DNA from: a virus
Lineage: Duplodnaviria; Caudoviricetes
Reading direction: 5' to 3' (one strand)
IMG/VR virus record: IMGVR_UViG_3300050015_000312
Coordinates: 1 to 63,355 of that record
Length of the DNA: 63,355 nucleotides
A model generated the notes under the pieces. That model saw only the letters and a program-made list of their open reading frames with translations, had not been told where the DNA came from and searched no databases. This document shows positions 36,296-46,325 of the stretch, piece after piece; the stretch's first letter is position 1; each line of letters starts with the position of its first letter. The position numbers and the translations under genes were made by a program.

Positions 36296-37069
36296 ATGTC
36301 GTTCACCAGCTTCGGTCAAGTCATCCCGGTCCTCGGCCAGAACATCGGCTTTCCGGGGACCGTTTCCCGTGCTGGCGTGCCGGTCATCGTTTCCCGGCAG
36401 CTCCTCAGCACCACCACCAACAAAGCGTCCTTCGGCGATCCCGTCGTCCTGATCGCCGATGCGATCGGCGGAACGTTCCAGAGCATCAAGGACTTCGCCG
36501 CAACCGCCGCGAACACTCCGAACGTCGCGTCGAAGTTCGCCGGAATCGCTGTCCGGGAAGTCAAGACGCAGCTCACCTACCCGGCCGGTGTGGCGCCCGG
36601 TACGCAGCAGACGGGCTATTACAACCCGGGCCAGATCATGGACGCGCTCGAACTCGGTTCGATTGTGGTCGCGATCACGCGCGGCACGCCGGCTGCTGGG
36701 GGCGCGGTGTACGCCCGCATCGTCGCGAATGTGAGCCTCGCGGGCACGGCCGTCGGCGATCTTGAAGCTGAGGCAGATGCCGTCAGCACGACCGGAACGG
36801 CCGCCTCTGGAACCTCGGTCACAGTGGCCGACGGAACCGGCATCGCTGTCGGGCAGCTTGTTACCGGCGCCGGAGTTGCCGCGGGCACCTACGTCTCCGC
36901 AGTGTCCGGCACGACGGTCACATTTTCGGTCGCGGTAACGGCCGCTCTTTCGGCCACCGCGCTCGTCTTCTCCAACACCGTGATTCTGCCGAACACGGAA
37001 TTCCGGACCGGCTGTCTGGATGCCAATGGCATCGCCGAAATCACAATCTTGCGCCGCAACCACGCCTAG
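36296..37069 (+). CDS. Head decoration/cement protein
   Basis: Between protease and capsid genes; GFPGTVSR...FAGIAVR...GGAVYAR...AEI. Confidence 0.75.
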   Translation: MSFTSFGQVIPVLGQNIGFPGTVSRAGVPVIVSRQLLSTTTNKASFGDPVVLIADAIGGTFQSIKDFAATAANTPNVASKFAGIAVREVKTQLTYPAGVAPGTQQTGYYNPGQIMDALELGSIVVAITRGTPAAGGAVYARIVANVSLAGTAVGDLEAEADAVSTTGTAASGTSVTVADGTGIAVGQLVTGAGVAAGTYVSAVSGTTVTFSVAVTAALSATALVFSNTVILPNTEFRTGCLDANGIAEITILRRNHA

Positions 37070-37099
37070 GGCGCCATTCGAAGGGAGAACAAGAGAGCC

Positions 37100-38176
37100 A
37101 TGAGTTACGATCCGAGAAAAGCAGCACCCGCACCTCCGCCCTACCTTTCGTATGGCCGCGGCCGCGGTTTCGACCAAGCGCGCGGGCGGGGCTTCGATGC
37201 CGCCGGCGCGTCCGGTTTCGCATTCCTGCAGTCGATGCTCGAAAAGTTGGACACCAACCTCGTCGAGCCGTTGCAGGCAGTCACCCATCCTCGCGACATC
37301 AAAGTGAACATCGGCGGCGGCTGGCCGGAGTTCATCTCGACCTTCGCGAGCAATTACGCCACCACCGGGGCGAAATACTTCGGCCTGCAGGCAAACCGCA
37401 ACACCGAGACTCCGGAGACCCAGGCGGATGTCCAGAAGGCACTCTGGAACACCTACATCTGGGCGCAGTCGATGACGATCTCGTACATCGACCTGAAGCG
37501 GTTCGAACAGGCTCAGCGGTCCGGTCTTCCGGCTCCGTACAGCCTCCAGAAGCTCTACGACCAGGCGGTCGACAGCAACTGGAACAAAGCGCTGGATTAC
37601 GTCACGTACTGGGGCTTCAACGGCGATGCGGGCCTGATCAACAACCCGAACGCGCCGTCGACGGCACTCACCACGGCGGCGGCCGGCGGCACCACCTGGG
37701 CCGCGAAGACGCCGCAGGAGAAACTGAACGACGTCAATCTCCTGATCACCACCATCCTCACCAACTCCGGCGTCGACATGCAGCGCGCCATGCCGGATTC
37801 GATGCTTGTCCCGCTGACGCAGTACGCGCTTCTCTCCAACCCGTTCACCCTCGCGGGCATCGGGAGTTTCGACTCGATCAAGACTTACATCGAGCGCAAC
37901 TGCCTGGCGGCGATGCAGGGCCGGAAGTTCGAGATCAAACCCCTGCCGAACGACTGGTTGGCGAGCCAGGGAGCGGGCACCCCGGCAACCACGCGCTCGG
38001 TCGTCTACCGAAACGACGAGGACTGCCTGTACCTCGACGTGCCGCAGCCCAAGGTCCAGACCATGACCGTTCCGGTGCTGGAAGGCGCGGGCGCCTGGAA
38101 GACCGCGTTCGGCGGCTGCATGTCGCAGGTGATCTTCAAACGCACCACGACGATGTGCTACGGGGATGGCATTTAG
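37100..38176 (+). CDS. Major capsid protein (DUF2184-type)
   Basis: Position and size; FLQSMLEKLD...YWG...GLINNP...WAAKTPQE...YGDGI. Confidence 0.85.
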   Translation: MSYDPRKAAPAPPPYLSYGRGRGFDQARGRGFDAAGASGFAFLQSMLEKLDTNLVEPLQAVTHPRDIKVNIGGGWPEFISTFASNYATTGAKYFGLQANRNTETPETQADVQKALWNTYIWAQSMTISYIDLKRFEQAQRSGLPAPYSLQKLYDQAVDSNWNKALDYVTYWGFNGDAGLINNPNAPSTALTTAAAGGTTWAAKTPQEKLNDVNLLITTILTNSGVDMQRAMPDSMLVPLTQYALLSNPFTLAGIGSFDSIKTYIERNCLAAMQGRKFEIKPLPNDWLASQGAGTPATTRSVVYRNDEDCLYLDVPQPKVQTMTVPVLEGAGAWKTAFGGCMSQVIFKRTTTMCYGDGI

Positions 38177-38196
38177 GCCGCGGTTCAGGGAGAAAA

Positions 38197-38472
38197 ATGC
38201 AGATCCTCGCCAAAAAGACGTATACCTTCTGGAATGGGGCCGAACAAAAGACCGTCGGCCCCAGTATGTCGCCCCAGACCGTACCCGATTGGGTGCGCGA
38301 CTCGACCACCTTCAAGCTCGCGTCTCAGGACGGCAGCGTCGTGGAGATTCAGATAGTGGCCCCCGTCGTTGCTCCGATCGTTGCTCCAGCCGCGCCCCCC
38401 GCTACGCCGGGACCGGGCGCGCCTGAGGCCGCGGGCCAAGCTCCTCCGGCATCCACCCGCAGGGCGCGGTAG
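38197..38472 (+). CDS. Small virion protein with Pro/Ala tail
   Basis: Follows the major capsid gene; PQTVPDWV motif. Confidence 0.6.
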   Translation: MQILAKKTYTFWNGAEQKTVGPSMSPQTVPDWVRDSTTFKLASQDGSVVEIQIVAPVVAPIVAPAAPPATPGPGAPEAAGQAPPASTRRAR

Positions 38473-38509
38473 CACAGAGCACATCAACGCATCAACCCTG
38501 ATCAAGAGC

Positions 38510-39232
38510 ATGAACCCTGATTACAACTTGCTCGCCCTCGGATTCTGGGGATCGGGCAACGAAATCGCGGCCGGGTTGGCCGGTGGCTCGAACATTGCCA
38601 TCGGTTCCAACCCGCCGTGGAGCGCGACGGATTTTCTGTCGTTCTACCCGAAGTTCGGGGGATTACCCACGGCACCTCCACTTACCTTGCAAGGAACTCT
38701 CGCCGCGGGCTCGCCCGCAGTAACCGAGGTCGGAAGCATCGCCGGCCTCGTCCCGGGCCAACTGGTTGCCGGACCGGGACTGCCTACCGGCTGCACGGTC
38801 GTATCAGTGGATTCGGATACCCAGATCACGTTGTCTCAGAGCGCTACATCCGACGGCCAGAGTACCTTAACCGTCTACGTTGTGCCGCTTGTTCCGCTGG
38901 CGGTGCTAAACGCCTACATCGCCCTGGCTTCCGCGTCGCTGGTCCAGGCGCGCTGGCGTGCCACCTGGCCTATCGCCATGGGGCTCTTCGTGGCGCACTT
39001 CGCAACCCTGTGGCTGCGTTCGGATGGGGACTCCTATTCAACGCCGGGGCAGGCCGCTACGGCGGGTCTAAAGCAAGGCATTACCGTCTCAGCCGCAGCG
39101 GGCGGCGTGAGTCAAGGGACGCAGCCGGTCACGGGGCTCGATACCTGGGCGGCCTGGAATCAGACGCAGTACGGTGTGCAGTTCGCGAGCTTTGCGAAGG
39201 TCGCGGGAGCCGGGCCGATGCTGGTGTGGTAA
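38510..39232 (+). CDS. DUF4054 head-tail adaptor
   Basis: FLSFYPKF...GLFVAHF...WNQTQYGVQF. Confidence 0.8.
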   Translation: MNPDYNLLALGFWGSGNEIAAGLAGGSNIAIGSNPPWSATDFLSFYPKFGGLPTAPPLTLQGTLAAGSPAVTEVGSIAGLVPGQLVAGPGLPTGCTVVSVDSDTQITLSQSATSDGQSTLTVYVVPLVPLAVLNAYIALASASLVQARWRATWPIAMGLFVAHFATLWLRSDGDSYSTPGQAATAGLKQGITVSAAAGGVSQGTQPVTGLDTWAAWNQTQYGVQFASFAKVAGAGPMLVW

Positions 39233-39234
39233 TG

Positions 39235-39903
39235 TCAAATTCCCAAGTCCGACCAATTCTTTCCGGTAGCCGCACGAGCAATCGTGTCCCTGCTTACTCC
39301 GAACCTTGCGGCCAATACTCCTGCCCCGGTCCTTTTCTTGGTCGAATCGTAAAGCCTGCGAATTTCGAGAACTTCATCGGCGGTGAGTTTGCGCATTGGA
39401 TGCTTCTGGCCCTTGAGCCATCCCGTCTTACCATGGCGGTCCTTCTCTATCATGTCTGCCGTGTTTTCCGCCTTCGTGCCGAGTCCAAGATGACGCGGAC
39501 TATAACAAGGTGGGTTGTCGCATTTGTGGAGTACGCAAAGGCCATCTGGAATCGGCCCAACAAACCGCTCAAAGCAGACACGGGTTACCAGTTTTGGACC
39601 AGCCTTCCTGCTGCCTCCGGTTATTCTTCCGTAACCGTGTCGGTTTTTTCCAAATGGCCATTCAAGGCATTCGTCGGAATCCCTGTGCTTGAGCACCGAT
39701 TCAATCAAAAACTGGAGCATGGGACTGGGCCGATTTTCTCTACGCCATTCACTCCAGCACTTTCGGCCGCAGAAGGTATCCCGAAACTTGCGAACGTGAT
39801 TTCCGCATTGCGGGCATTTCGTGCAGTCGGGGCAGCGCTTCGCGTCAGTTCGCAGCGAGTCGAATCCAGCTCCGCACTTGAAACAGATAAGATGGTATTG
39901 CAT
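39235..39903 (-). CDS. HNH homing endonuclease with N-terminal Zn-fingers
   Basis: CLEWP...GYG...VLHKCDNPPC...HLGLGTKAENTADM; C-terminal HTH. Confidence 0.85.
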   Translation of the reverse strand: MQYHLICFKCGAGFDSLRTDAKRCPDCTKCPQCGNHVRKFRDTFCGRKCWSEWRRENRPSPMLQFLIESVLKHRDSDECLEWPFGKNRHGYGRITGGSRKAGPKLVTRVCFERFVGPIPDGLCVLHKCDNPPCYSPRHLGLGTKAENTADMIEKDRHGKTGWLKGQKHPMRKLTADEVLEIRRLYDSTKKRTGAGVLAARFGVSRDTIARAATGKNWSDLGI

Positions 39904-39992
39904 CTTCGAGCGCCTCTATCGCTCAAGGTGTTGGCCTCGAATCTGTTTCAGCAGATCGGGGCCTTTTCTATTATACCGCAAGAGGGTCCCGT

Positions 39993-40463
39993 ATGCCCGT
40001 AAAGGTAACAAAACAAGGCCCAGGGCTGTTCCAGGTCATGCGGGACATTAAGCGTATCGGCAACAGTGAGGTCTTGGTCGGAATTCCTGCTGCAACAACC
40101 CTAAGAGAAAACGATCCGATCAATAACGCCAGCCTTCTCTTTGTTTTAAGCCACGGCTCTCCGCTGCGGAACATCCCGCCGCGCCCGGTGCTCGAGCCCG
40201 CGATTGAGAAGGGCCGCAATCTGATTACGCCGCACCTGGCGGAATCCGCGAAGGCCGTGATGGACGGACGCCCGGACGCAGCGGAACGCGAACTTGAACG
40301 AGCGGGCATGGTTGCCTCGAACGCGGTCAAGAGGTACTTCACCGAAGGGGAGTTGGCTCCTAACGCGCCGTCGACCATTGCGCGCAAAGGCTCGGATAGG
40401 CCGTTGATCGACACGGGGGCGCTGCGGCGCGCCGTTACGTTTGTGGTTCGGGCGAATCGGTAA
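39993..40463 (+). CDS. Neck/tail-completion protein (HK97 gp10-like)
   Basis: VLVGIP...IPPRP...PNAPSTIARKGSDRPLIDTG. Confidence 0.8.
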   Translation: MPVKVTKQGPGLFQVMRDIKRIGNSEVLVGIPAATTLRENDPINNASLLFVLSHGSPLRNIPPRPVLEPAIEKGRNLITPHLAESAKAVMDGRPDAAERELERAGMVASNAVKRYFTEGELAPNAPSTIARKGSDRPLIDTGALRRAVTFVVRANR

Positions 40464-40656
40464 GCGGCATGCCCTCGACAGCAATACGCATGAGTTCTTC
40501 TCGCGGGATCAGCACGCGTTTTCCATATCGGGTGGTCTTGACCTGCCCACGCCGAATATCTCTGATCAGCGTGTGCTTACTAATTCCGAGGAGCGCCGCG
40601 GCTTCATCAATTGGGTATTGAAGGCGATGCGGAAGTTCGACAGTGATTGCATTCAT
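40435..40656 (-). CDS. Excisionase-family HTH protein (antisense insert)
   Basis: YPIDEAAALLGISKHTLIRDIRRGQV...GKRVLIP; AGGAG RBS. Confidence 0.75.
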   Translation of the reverse strand: MNAITVELPHRLQYPIDEAAALLGISKHTLIRDIRRGQVKTTRYGKRVLIPREELMRIAVEGMPLTDSPEPQT

Positions 40657-40770
40657 GCTCCTTGTCTAACATGTAACAGTACCCAATTACAACGGCTTGC
40701 AGCCCGTGTATCTGTAACTATTTTTAAGATGCGCTTAGCCAGACCAATCGTTAGTTACGCACGGTAACCC

Positions 40771-41133
40771 ATGCCCCTTGACCTCTCCGAAGTGACGAAC
40801 GATCCCGACCTGGGGAGTCCGGTCGTGATCATCCGCACCACGGGCGCATTCGCTGCCGGTGGCTGGAAGCAGAACGAGCCCACAGAAATACTCGCTTTCG
40901 GAGTCGTCAGCATCGCGGACGACGAAGCACTTGCGCAGGTTCCCGAGGGGGATCGGGTTATAGGAGCGCTCGAATTTGTGACCGCCCAGCACATCTATCC
41001 GACGCTCGCCGGCAAGTCCGGCACGAGCGACAAGATCCGCTGGCTGGGAAATCTGTACCGCGTCGTGAGCATTCAGCCCTGGAAGCACATGGGATTCTTC
41101 TCCGCGATTCTCGTGCGGATGACGGGCGAATAA
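40771..41133 (+). CDS. Head-closure protein
   Basis: Position; LAQVPEGDR...DKIRWLGNLYRV. Confidence 0.7.
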   Translation: MPLDLSEVTNDPDLGSPVVIIRTTGAFAAGGWKQNEPTEILAFGVVSIADDEALAQVPEGDRVIGALEFVTAQHIYPTLAGKSGTSDKIRWLGNLYRVVSIQPWKHMGFFSAILVRMTGE

Positions 41134-41171
41134 GACCGCCCCCCCCCTCAAGACCGCGCTCCTCGGGACCA

Positions 41172-41804
41172 ATGTCCACAACCACCTTCCCCAACGGTCA
41201 AGCGCTCGCCTCTTCGGCGCTGATCCCTGATGGCTTCGCCGTCATCATGCAGCCACTCGTGGCGCAGATACTCGGCATCGACCCGGTGGCGGATCCCGAC
41301 AAGGCATTCACCGCGGTCAGGATCGCTTGGCAGCAGGAAGGCCAGCCGGCATGGTCCATCACGGACGATGTGTGCATCCTGCGCGCGACGGTGGAGAACG
41401 ACCCTTACGGCCGGGTGCGGGATGGTCAATTCAGTCCTCGTGACGCGGCGAGCCTCACTCAGAGGATGAGTTTCACGCAGGTCTGGAACCTGCATGCGAC
41501 GCTCTACGGTCCGAACTGCCAGGACCGCGCCCGCTTGATTGTTTCGGCATTCTCGCTCGACTGGGTACATGACGCACTGACCGCGAGCAACCTCTACGCC
41601 ATCGCCGATTGGCCGAGGCCGGTGTACGCCCCGGAGCTATTTCAGGGGCAGTGGTGGAAACGCGCGGACGTTGATTTGAAGTTCAACGAGATGGTGAATG
41701 AATCACTCACGGTCCCCTCAGCGGCCGGGGTGGACGTCACCCTCCTCAAGGAAACGGGTCTGTCTGCGGAGATCCACATCAGGAATCCGCGGGAAGGAAA
41801 CTAA
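41172..41804 (+). CDS. Neck/tail terminator protein
   Basis: Position before the sheath; PELFQGQWWKRADV. Confidence 0.7.
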   Translation: MSTTTFPNGQALASSALIPDGFAVIMQPLVAQILGIDPVADPDKAFTAVRIAWQQEGQPAWSITDDVCILRATVENDPYGRVRDGQFSPRDAASLTQRMSFTQVWNLHATLYGPNCQDRARLIVSAFSLDWVHDALTASNLYAIADWPRPVYAPELFQGQWWKRADVDLKFNEMVNESLTVPSAAGVDVTLLKETGLSAEIHIRNPREGN

Positions 41805-41806
41805 AC

Positions 41807-43234
41807 ATGCTAGTAAATTCGCTCCCCCTCTCGAGCATTTTGAATGTCGCGGTTGTCATTTCGCCGGCCGCCGCGCCAGGACCCAGTTTCAATCAGGCCC
41901 TGATTGTCGGCCCCACGGACGCAATCCCGAGCAGCGAGCGGTTGCGGCTGTATTCCTCTATCAACGGGATACTTCAGGACGGCTTTGACAGCACGGACCC
42001 CGAGTACAAGGCCGCGAGCCTGTACTTTGGGCAGACTCCTCAGCCCACGCATCTCTGGATCGGGCGCCAGGACCTCACCGCGATTGCTGCCGCGGCTGTG
42101 GGAAGCGCCGCCGGAACGGGCTACGCCGTGGGCGACGTGGTGACGGTTGTTCAAGCCGCAGCCTCGGGCGGGAAGCTTAAGGTGACGACCGTCGGCGTCG
42201 GCGGCGCCGTAACCGGGGTGAAGATCATCGAGGGCTCCCAAGGAACGGGCTACGCCGAGGGCACGGGCCTCGAGACCACCACCACGGGAAGCGGTACCGG
42301 ACTTCAGGCGGACATCACCGCGATTAGAGAGACGCCGCTTCAGGCCGTCCAGGCCTGCCGCCTGGCGCAGCCCAACTGGTACGCCTGCATGTTCGCCGGA
42401 ACCGCCACGGATTCCGACCACCAGGCCATCGCCGCATTCATCGAAGCGGCCTCTCCCGCAAGTCTCTATTTCTTGACCACCGGCGAGGCTAGCGTTCTGA
42501 ACACGCCAACCACGAATCTGCTCGCCTCCCTTCAGGCCGAAAAGTACCGCCGCACCTTCTCCATGTACGCGACCACCCAAAGCGGGCTGTTCCCCAACAA
42601 CGCCTACGCTTCGGCCGCTCCCATGGGAAAGGCCATGGGGATGAACACGGGCGCCGCCGGCAGCTACTTCGACATCATGTTCAAAGCCATCGCGGGCGTC
42701 GCCCCGGAGCCTCTGACGCAATCGCAGGTGAATGCGATCTGCGGTCCGATCGACCGCTCCACGCCCGGCCTGAACGCCAACGCCATGCTGTCGTACCTGA
42801 ACGACTCCTATTCCTGGATTCAGCCAGCCATTATGGCGTCCGGCGATTTCTTCGACGAGGTGCTGAATCTGGACATGCTCGCCTCGGACATGCAGATCAG
42901 CGGCGTGAATCTGCTGACCTCCGTCCCCGCGCTGCCGATCACCGATGGCGGCGTGACGCAGATGAAGAACATTCTTTCGGCGGCCTGCGACCGCGCGAAG
43001 GCCCGCGGCTTCATTGCCCCCTCCGGTATCTGGCAGGGCGTCGCGGTGGGGGCCGGGTCCGCTGCAATCGAACCGGGGGACGCTCTCGCCAACGGCTATT
43101 ACCTCTATGCGCCGGCGGTCAGCACCATGTCAGCGGCGCAGCGCGCGGCCCGGGTCATGCCCGCCATCACCGCGCTACTGATCGAGGCGCAATCCGGGCA
43201 CTCGCTGAGCGTGACCCTGGAGGTCCAGCGGTAG
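41807..43234 (+). CDS. Tail sheath protein (DUF3383)
   Basis: LPLSSILNV...DPEYKAASLYFGQTPQP...IGR...ASGDFFDE...LPITDGG...QRAAR. Confidence 0.88.
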   Translation: MLVNSLPLSSILNVAVVISPAAAPGPSFNQALIVGPTDAIPSSERLRLYSSINGILQDGFDSTDPEYKAASLYFGQTPQPTHLWIGRQDLTAIAAAAVGSAAGTGYAVGDVVTVVQAAASGGKLKVTTVGVGGAVTGVKIIEGSQGTGYAEGTGLETTTTGSGTGLQADITAIRETPLQAVQACRLAQPNWYACMFAGTATDSDHQAIAAFIEAASPASLYFLTTGEASVLNTPTTNLLASLQAEKYRRTFSMYATTQSGLFPNNAYASAAPMGKAMGMNTGAAGSYFDIMFKAIAGVAPEPLTQSQVNAICGPIDRSTPGLNANAMLSYLNDSYSWIQPAIMASGDFFDEVLNLDMLASDMQISGVNLLTSVPALPITDGGVTQMKNILSAACDRAKARGFIAPSGIWQGVAVGAGSAAIEPGDALANGYYLYAPAVSTMSAAQRAARVMPAITALLIEAQSGHSLSVTLEVQR

Positions 43235-43297
43235 GGGCCGGAGTAAGCAAAGCCCCCGGTAGCGAAAGCCCCCGGTAAATACAAGGAGAACAAAACC

Positions 43298-43756
43298 ATG
43301 TCAAATATTCTCACCACGTATTCGGGAAACGACCTCAATCTCGCATTCAGCCACCCTCTCATCGGCGTGATCCAGGCCTCCGGCGTCTCCCAGCAAGGGA
43401 TCGCCCAGGTGACGATCCGCATGACCACAAGCCAGTCTTCGATCCAGGTCGGCATGGACGGCGCCGTGGTTCCGAGCGTCATTCCTGGAGACCAGGGCGA
43501 GATCGAACTCCAGGTGTGGCAGACCGGCACGCTGCATCGGCAGTTGCTCGCCTGGTACAACCTCGTCAAAGCCGCTCGCGACGCAGGCGATGTGTCCCAG
43601 TGGTTTGGGGGCACGATGCTGATTTCCAATATCGTGGACGGCTCCTCGCACTACGCCACCGGAGTCGGCCCGCAGAAGGTTCCCGACAAGACCTACCAGG
43701 AGCAGGCGCAGAGGGTCACCTGGATCTTGATGGCCTGCAACATCGCGAACCAGTAG
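43298..43756 (+). CDS. Tail tube protein
   Basis: Follows the sheath; TTYS...GMDG...KVPDKTY...TW. Confidence 0.8.
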   Translation: MSNILTTYSGNDLNLAFSHPLIGVIQASGVSQQGIAQVTIRMTTSQSSIQVGMDGAVVPSVIPGDQGEIELQVWQTGTLHRQLLAWYNLVKAARDAGDVSQWFGGTMLISNIVDGSSHYATGVGPQKVPDKTYQEQAQRVTWILMACNIANQ

Positions 43757-43767
43757 GCGGAGACGTC

Positions 43768-44136
43768 ATGGAAAAATTCAAGGACGTCACGATCAACGGG
43801 GTCGACTTCCGCGTCGGCCTCGTCTCCGCGCTTGTGGGTGACTGGATCATCACCCAGCTCACGACAAAGAGGTTTACAGACGAAGCGGTCTATCGCTCCG
43901 TCCAGACTCATCTGCTGGGGGCGTGCTCCGTCTACATTGAGAAGGACGGGGGCAGAATTCCGCTGAAGATCTTCGACAACGGCCGCTGGCTGGTGTCGGC
44001 GCAGTTTCCCGACCTGGAATCCGATGCCGACACGGTTCACCAGCTCGTCGACGCAGCACTGGATCTGAACGTCTCCCCTTTTTTCGACAAGCTGAAGGCC
44101 AGAACCCCCGACCTGATCCCGGCTACTGTCCAGTAG
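43768..44136 (+). CDS. Tail assembly chaperone G
   Basis: Between tube and tape measure; slippery site near the 3' end. Confidence 0.75.
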   Translation: MEKFKDVTINGVDFRVGLVSALVGDWIITQLTTKRFTDEAVYRSVQTHLLGACSVYIEKDGGRIPLKIFDNGRWLVSAQFPDLESDADTVHQLVDAALDLNVSPFFDKLKARTPDLIPATVQ

Positions 44137-44315
44137 CCTTTCCGCCCGACATCAGCGGGTTTCTGTGGAGGCCGGCGCTCGCCGGCCTCTGGCGGCAGCA
44201 CGAGATGAGCGACGGAACCTACGACATCCACGATCTCATTGATGCGAACCGAGCGCTCGATTGCGTAGACGAGAACAAGCGCCGGGCGGCCGAAGCGGCG
44301 AAGAATAAACGATGA
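44076..44315 (+). other. -1 programmed frameshift site and G-T extension
   Basis: T TTT TTC (44079-44085) and C CCT TTT in frame; the -1 frame is open to TGA 44315 and encodes FLWRPALAG...DGTYDIHDL. Confidence 0.75.
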
Positions 44316-44340
44316 GCAACGTGACGCGGCATCAACCACA

Positions 44341-46278
44341 ATGAGCAACGTCCTCCAGGAATATCTCGTAAAACTCGGCTTTAGCACCGACGACCACTCG
44401 TTTGGCAAGCTCACCGGCATCATGGCCGCAGCGGAGCGCGCCGTAACGGTGCATGCCGCCGGCATGGTGAAGGCTCTCATCGGGGCCCAGACGGGGATCG
44501 TGGGCGCGTTTACCTCGGTCTCCGCCGCCATCCTCGGAGTGGTGGATAAGGTCGCCATGGCGGACCAGGGCTATCGCCTGCTCGGCCTGCGCATGATGAT
44601 GAGCACGGAATCGGCCCGCAAGTTCGACATGATCACAAAGGCCTTGGGCGCGGATATAAACCAGATCTTCTGGGATCCGGAGTCGCGTAAGCGCGCCGCG
44701 GGAATGGCGGCGGATATCGACCGCATGAGCGAAGCGGTCGGACCAGGCTTCTCGGACAAAATGAAAGGCATCCGGGACATCCGGTACGAGTTCTCCCGGC
44801 TCGAAGTGGCGACGAAGTTTCTGGGTATGCAGTTCGCCGGTGATCTCTTCGGTAGACTGACCGCCGGCGACGGCGGAACAAAACTGAAGGAATGGCTGAA
44901 GGAATGGGTGGACTGGATCGAGAAGCACATTCCGCAGATCTCCAAGAAGCTGACCGACTATGCGGTACCGGCCCTGAAAAGTACGTGGGAGATCCTACAG
45001 GCCGCTGGTGAGGCAGGCAAGGCTTTCGGCGTTGCGTTCACGAACATCGTGGGTCTGTTGTCGGGGGATAGCTCCATTCAGGGTACGGCCTTCAGTTTCG
45101 ATAAACTCGCGAAGTCCATCGAGCACGTCGGCGACTGGCTGAAGAGCTTCTTCCTGATGATCACAAAAGGCGAGGAAACGATCAGCCACTTCGTGTCCGC
45201 GGCGGGACTAGCGGGGTCGGCACTCGACAAGAAGCATGGCGGGGGCGCGCAAGCGCCCCCAGGCGGCAGCAAAGGCCAAGGCGCCGCGGCCACGAATACC
45301 GCCGCGGCCACGAATACCGCCGAACCTTCTCTCTCCGCCTGGGAAGAAGCCAAAGCAGGCGTGGGCACGTTCAGCGACGTTGTGTCCACGGTCCCTGGGG
45401 GCATATTAACCGGCGCGGCGCTCGGAAGTATCATTCCGGGTGCTGGAACAGTCATCGGAGGGGTCATCGGCGGCATCGCGAGCATTATTAGCCGGGAGGG
45501 AGTTAAGGCCGCTCACAAGTTTGGCCTCCTCTCTGAGGACCAATCCCCTGCATCGCCCGCGAGTGCTCCGACGTCCAAGGTCCGATCATCCCTCTCCCGG
45601 GAAGATCTGATCGCGGAGATCTATGCGAAGGCTGACAAATATGGGGTTCCGTCGTCGCTCGCGCTTGCCGTAGCGCAGCAGGAGTCGGGCGTCGACCAGG
45701 GCAAGCGCAGCAAAGCCGGCGCGATCGGCGTCATGCAACTCATGCCGGATACGGCGCGGCAGCTTGGCGTAGATCCGGACGATGCGCTCCAAAACATCGA
45801 AGGAGGCACACGCTATCTCGGGCAGATGCTCGAGCGGTACCACGGAGTAACCGAAAAGGCCCTCGCCGCGTACAATGCCGGGCCGGGCCGGGTGGACAAA
45901 GCCGCGAGCCTCCAGGATCTTCCGGCCGAGACACAGGGGTACGTCCCCTCCGTCCTGCGAATCGAGAGCCAGATCGAGCAGGCGCGGCAGGCTAGCCCCT
46001 CCGGGCAACCACAAGCGTCCGTGAAGCCGGCGTCCGCCCCAGACATTCTCAACCGAGATTGGTCCCCCGTTCTGGCGAATATGCAAACTCCGCTGGTGCC
46101 CTCCGCGCAGGTCACCAACCACCGCCAGAATATGAGCGTCAGCGTCGGTGGAATCTACATCACGCAGCCCGGGGCTGATGCACACACCATCCATCGCGCC
46201 GTCGCGGATGGAGTCAAGGAAGCCCTCAACAGCCAGGTGCGCTACGACCTGGCGGAGTTGTCGCCGGCGTACTCGTAA
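44341..46278 (+). CDS. Tape measure protein with lytic transglycosylase (SLT) domain
   Basis: LQEYLVKLGF N-terminus; AVAQQESG...GAIGVMQLMPDTA...ALAAYNAGPG...ETQGYV. Confidence 0.9.
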   Translation: MSNVLQEYLVKLGFSTDDHSFGKLTGIMAAAERAVTVHAAGMVKALIGAQTGIVGAFTSVSAAILGVVDKVAMADQGYRLLGLRMMMSTESARKFDMITKALGADINQIFWDPESRKRAAGMAADIDRMSEAVGPGFSDKMKGIRDIRYEFSRLEVATKFLGMQFAGDLFGRLTAGDGGTKLKEWLKEWVDWIEKHIPQISKKLTDYAVPALKSTWEILQAAGEAGKAFGVAFTNIVGLLSGDSSIQGTAFSFDKLAKSIEHVGDWLKSFFLMITKGEETISHFVSAAGLAGSALDKKHGGGAQAPPGGSKGQGAAATNTAAATNTAEPSLSAWEEAKAGVGTFSDVVSTVPGGILTGAALGSIIPGAGTVIGGVIGGIASIISREGVKAAHKFGLLSEDQSPASPASAPTSKVRSSLSREDLIAEIYAKADKYGVPSSLALAVAQQESGVDQGKRSKAGAIGVMQLMPDTARQLGVDPDDALQNIEGGTRYLGQMLERYHGVTEKALAAYNAGPGRVDKAASLQDLPAETQGYVPSVLRIESQIEQARQASPSGQPQASVKPASAPDILNRDWSPVLANMQTPLVPSAQVTNHRQNMSVSVGGIYITQPGADAHTIHRAVADGVKEALNSQVRYDLAELSPAYS

Positions 46279-46325
46279 TCTGACCGCGCGACCACAGCCA
46301 AGCAACCACCCGCTCGCAAACAACC

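Noticed and set aside
38617-40002. 461-aa + strand ORF
   Set aside because: Off-frame overlap with the DUF4054 gene plus the antisense shadow of the HNH gene.
41139-41147. Poly-C tract as a phase-variation switch
   Set aside because: Intergenic, with no evident promoter or reading frame affected.
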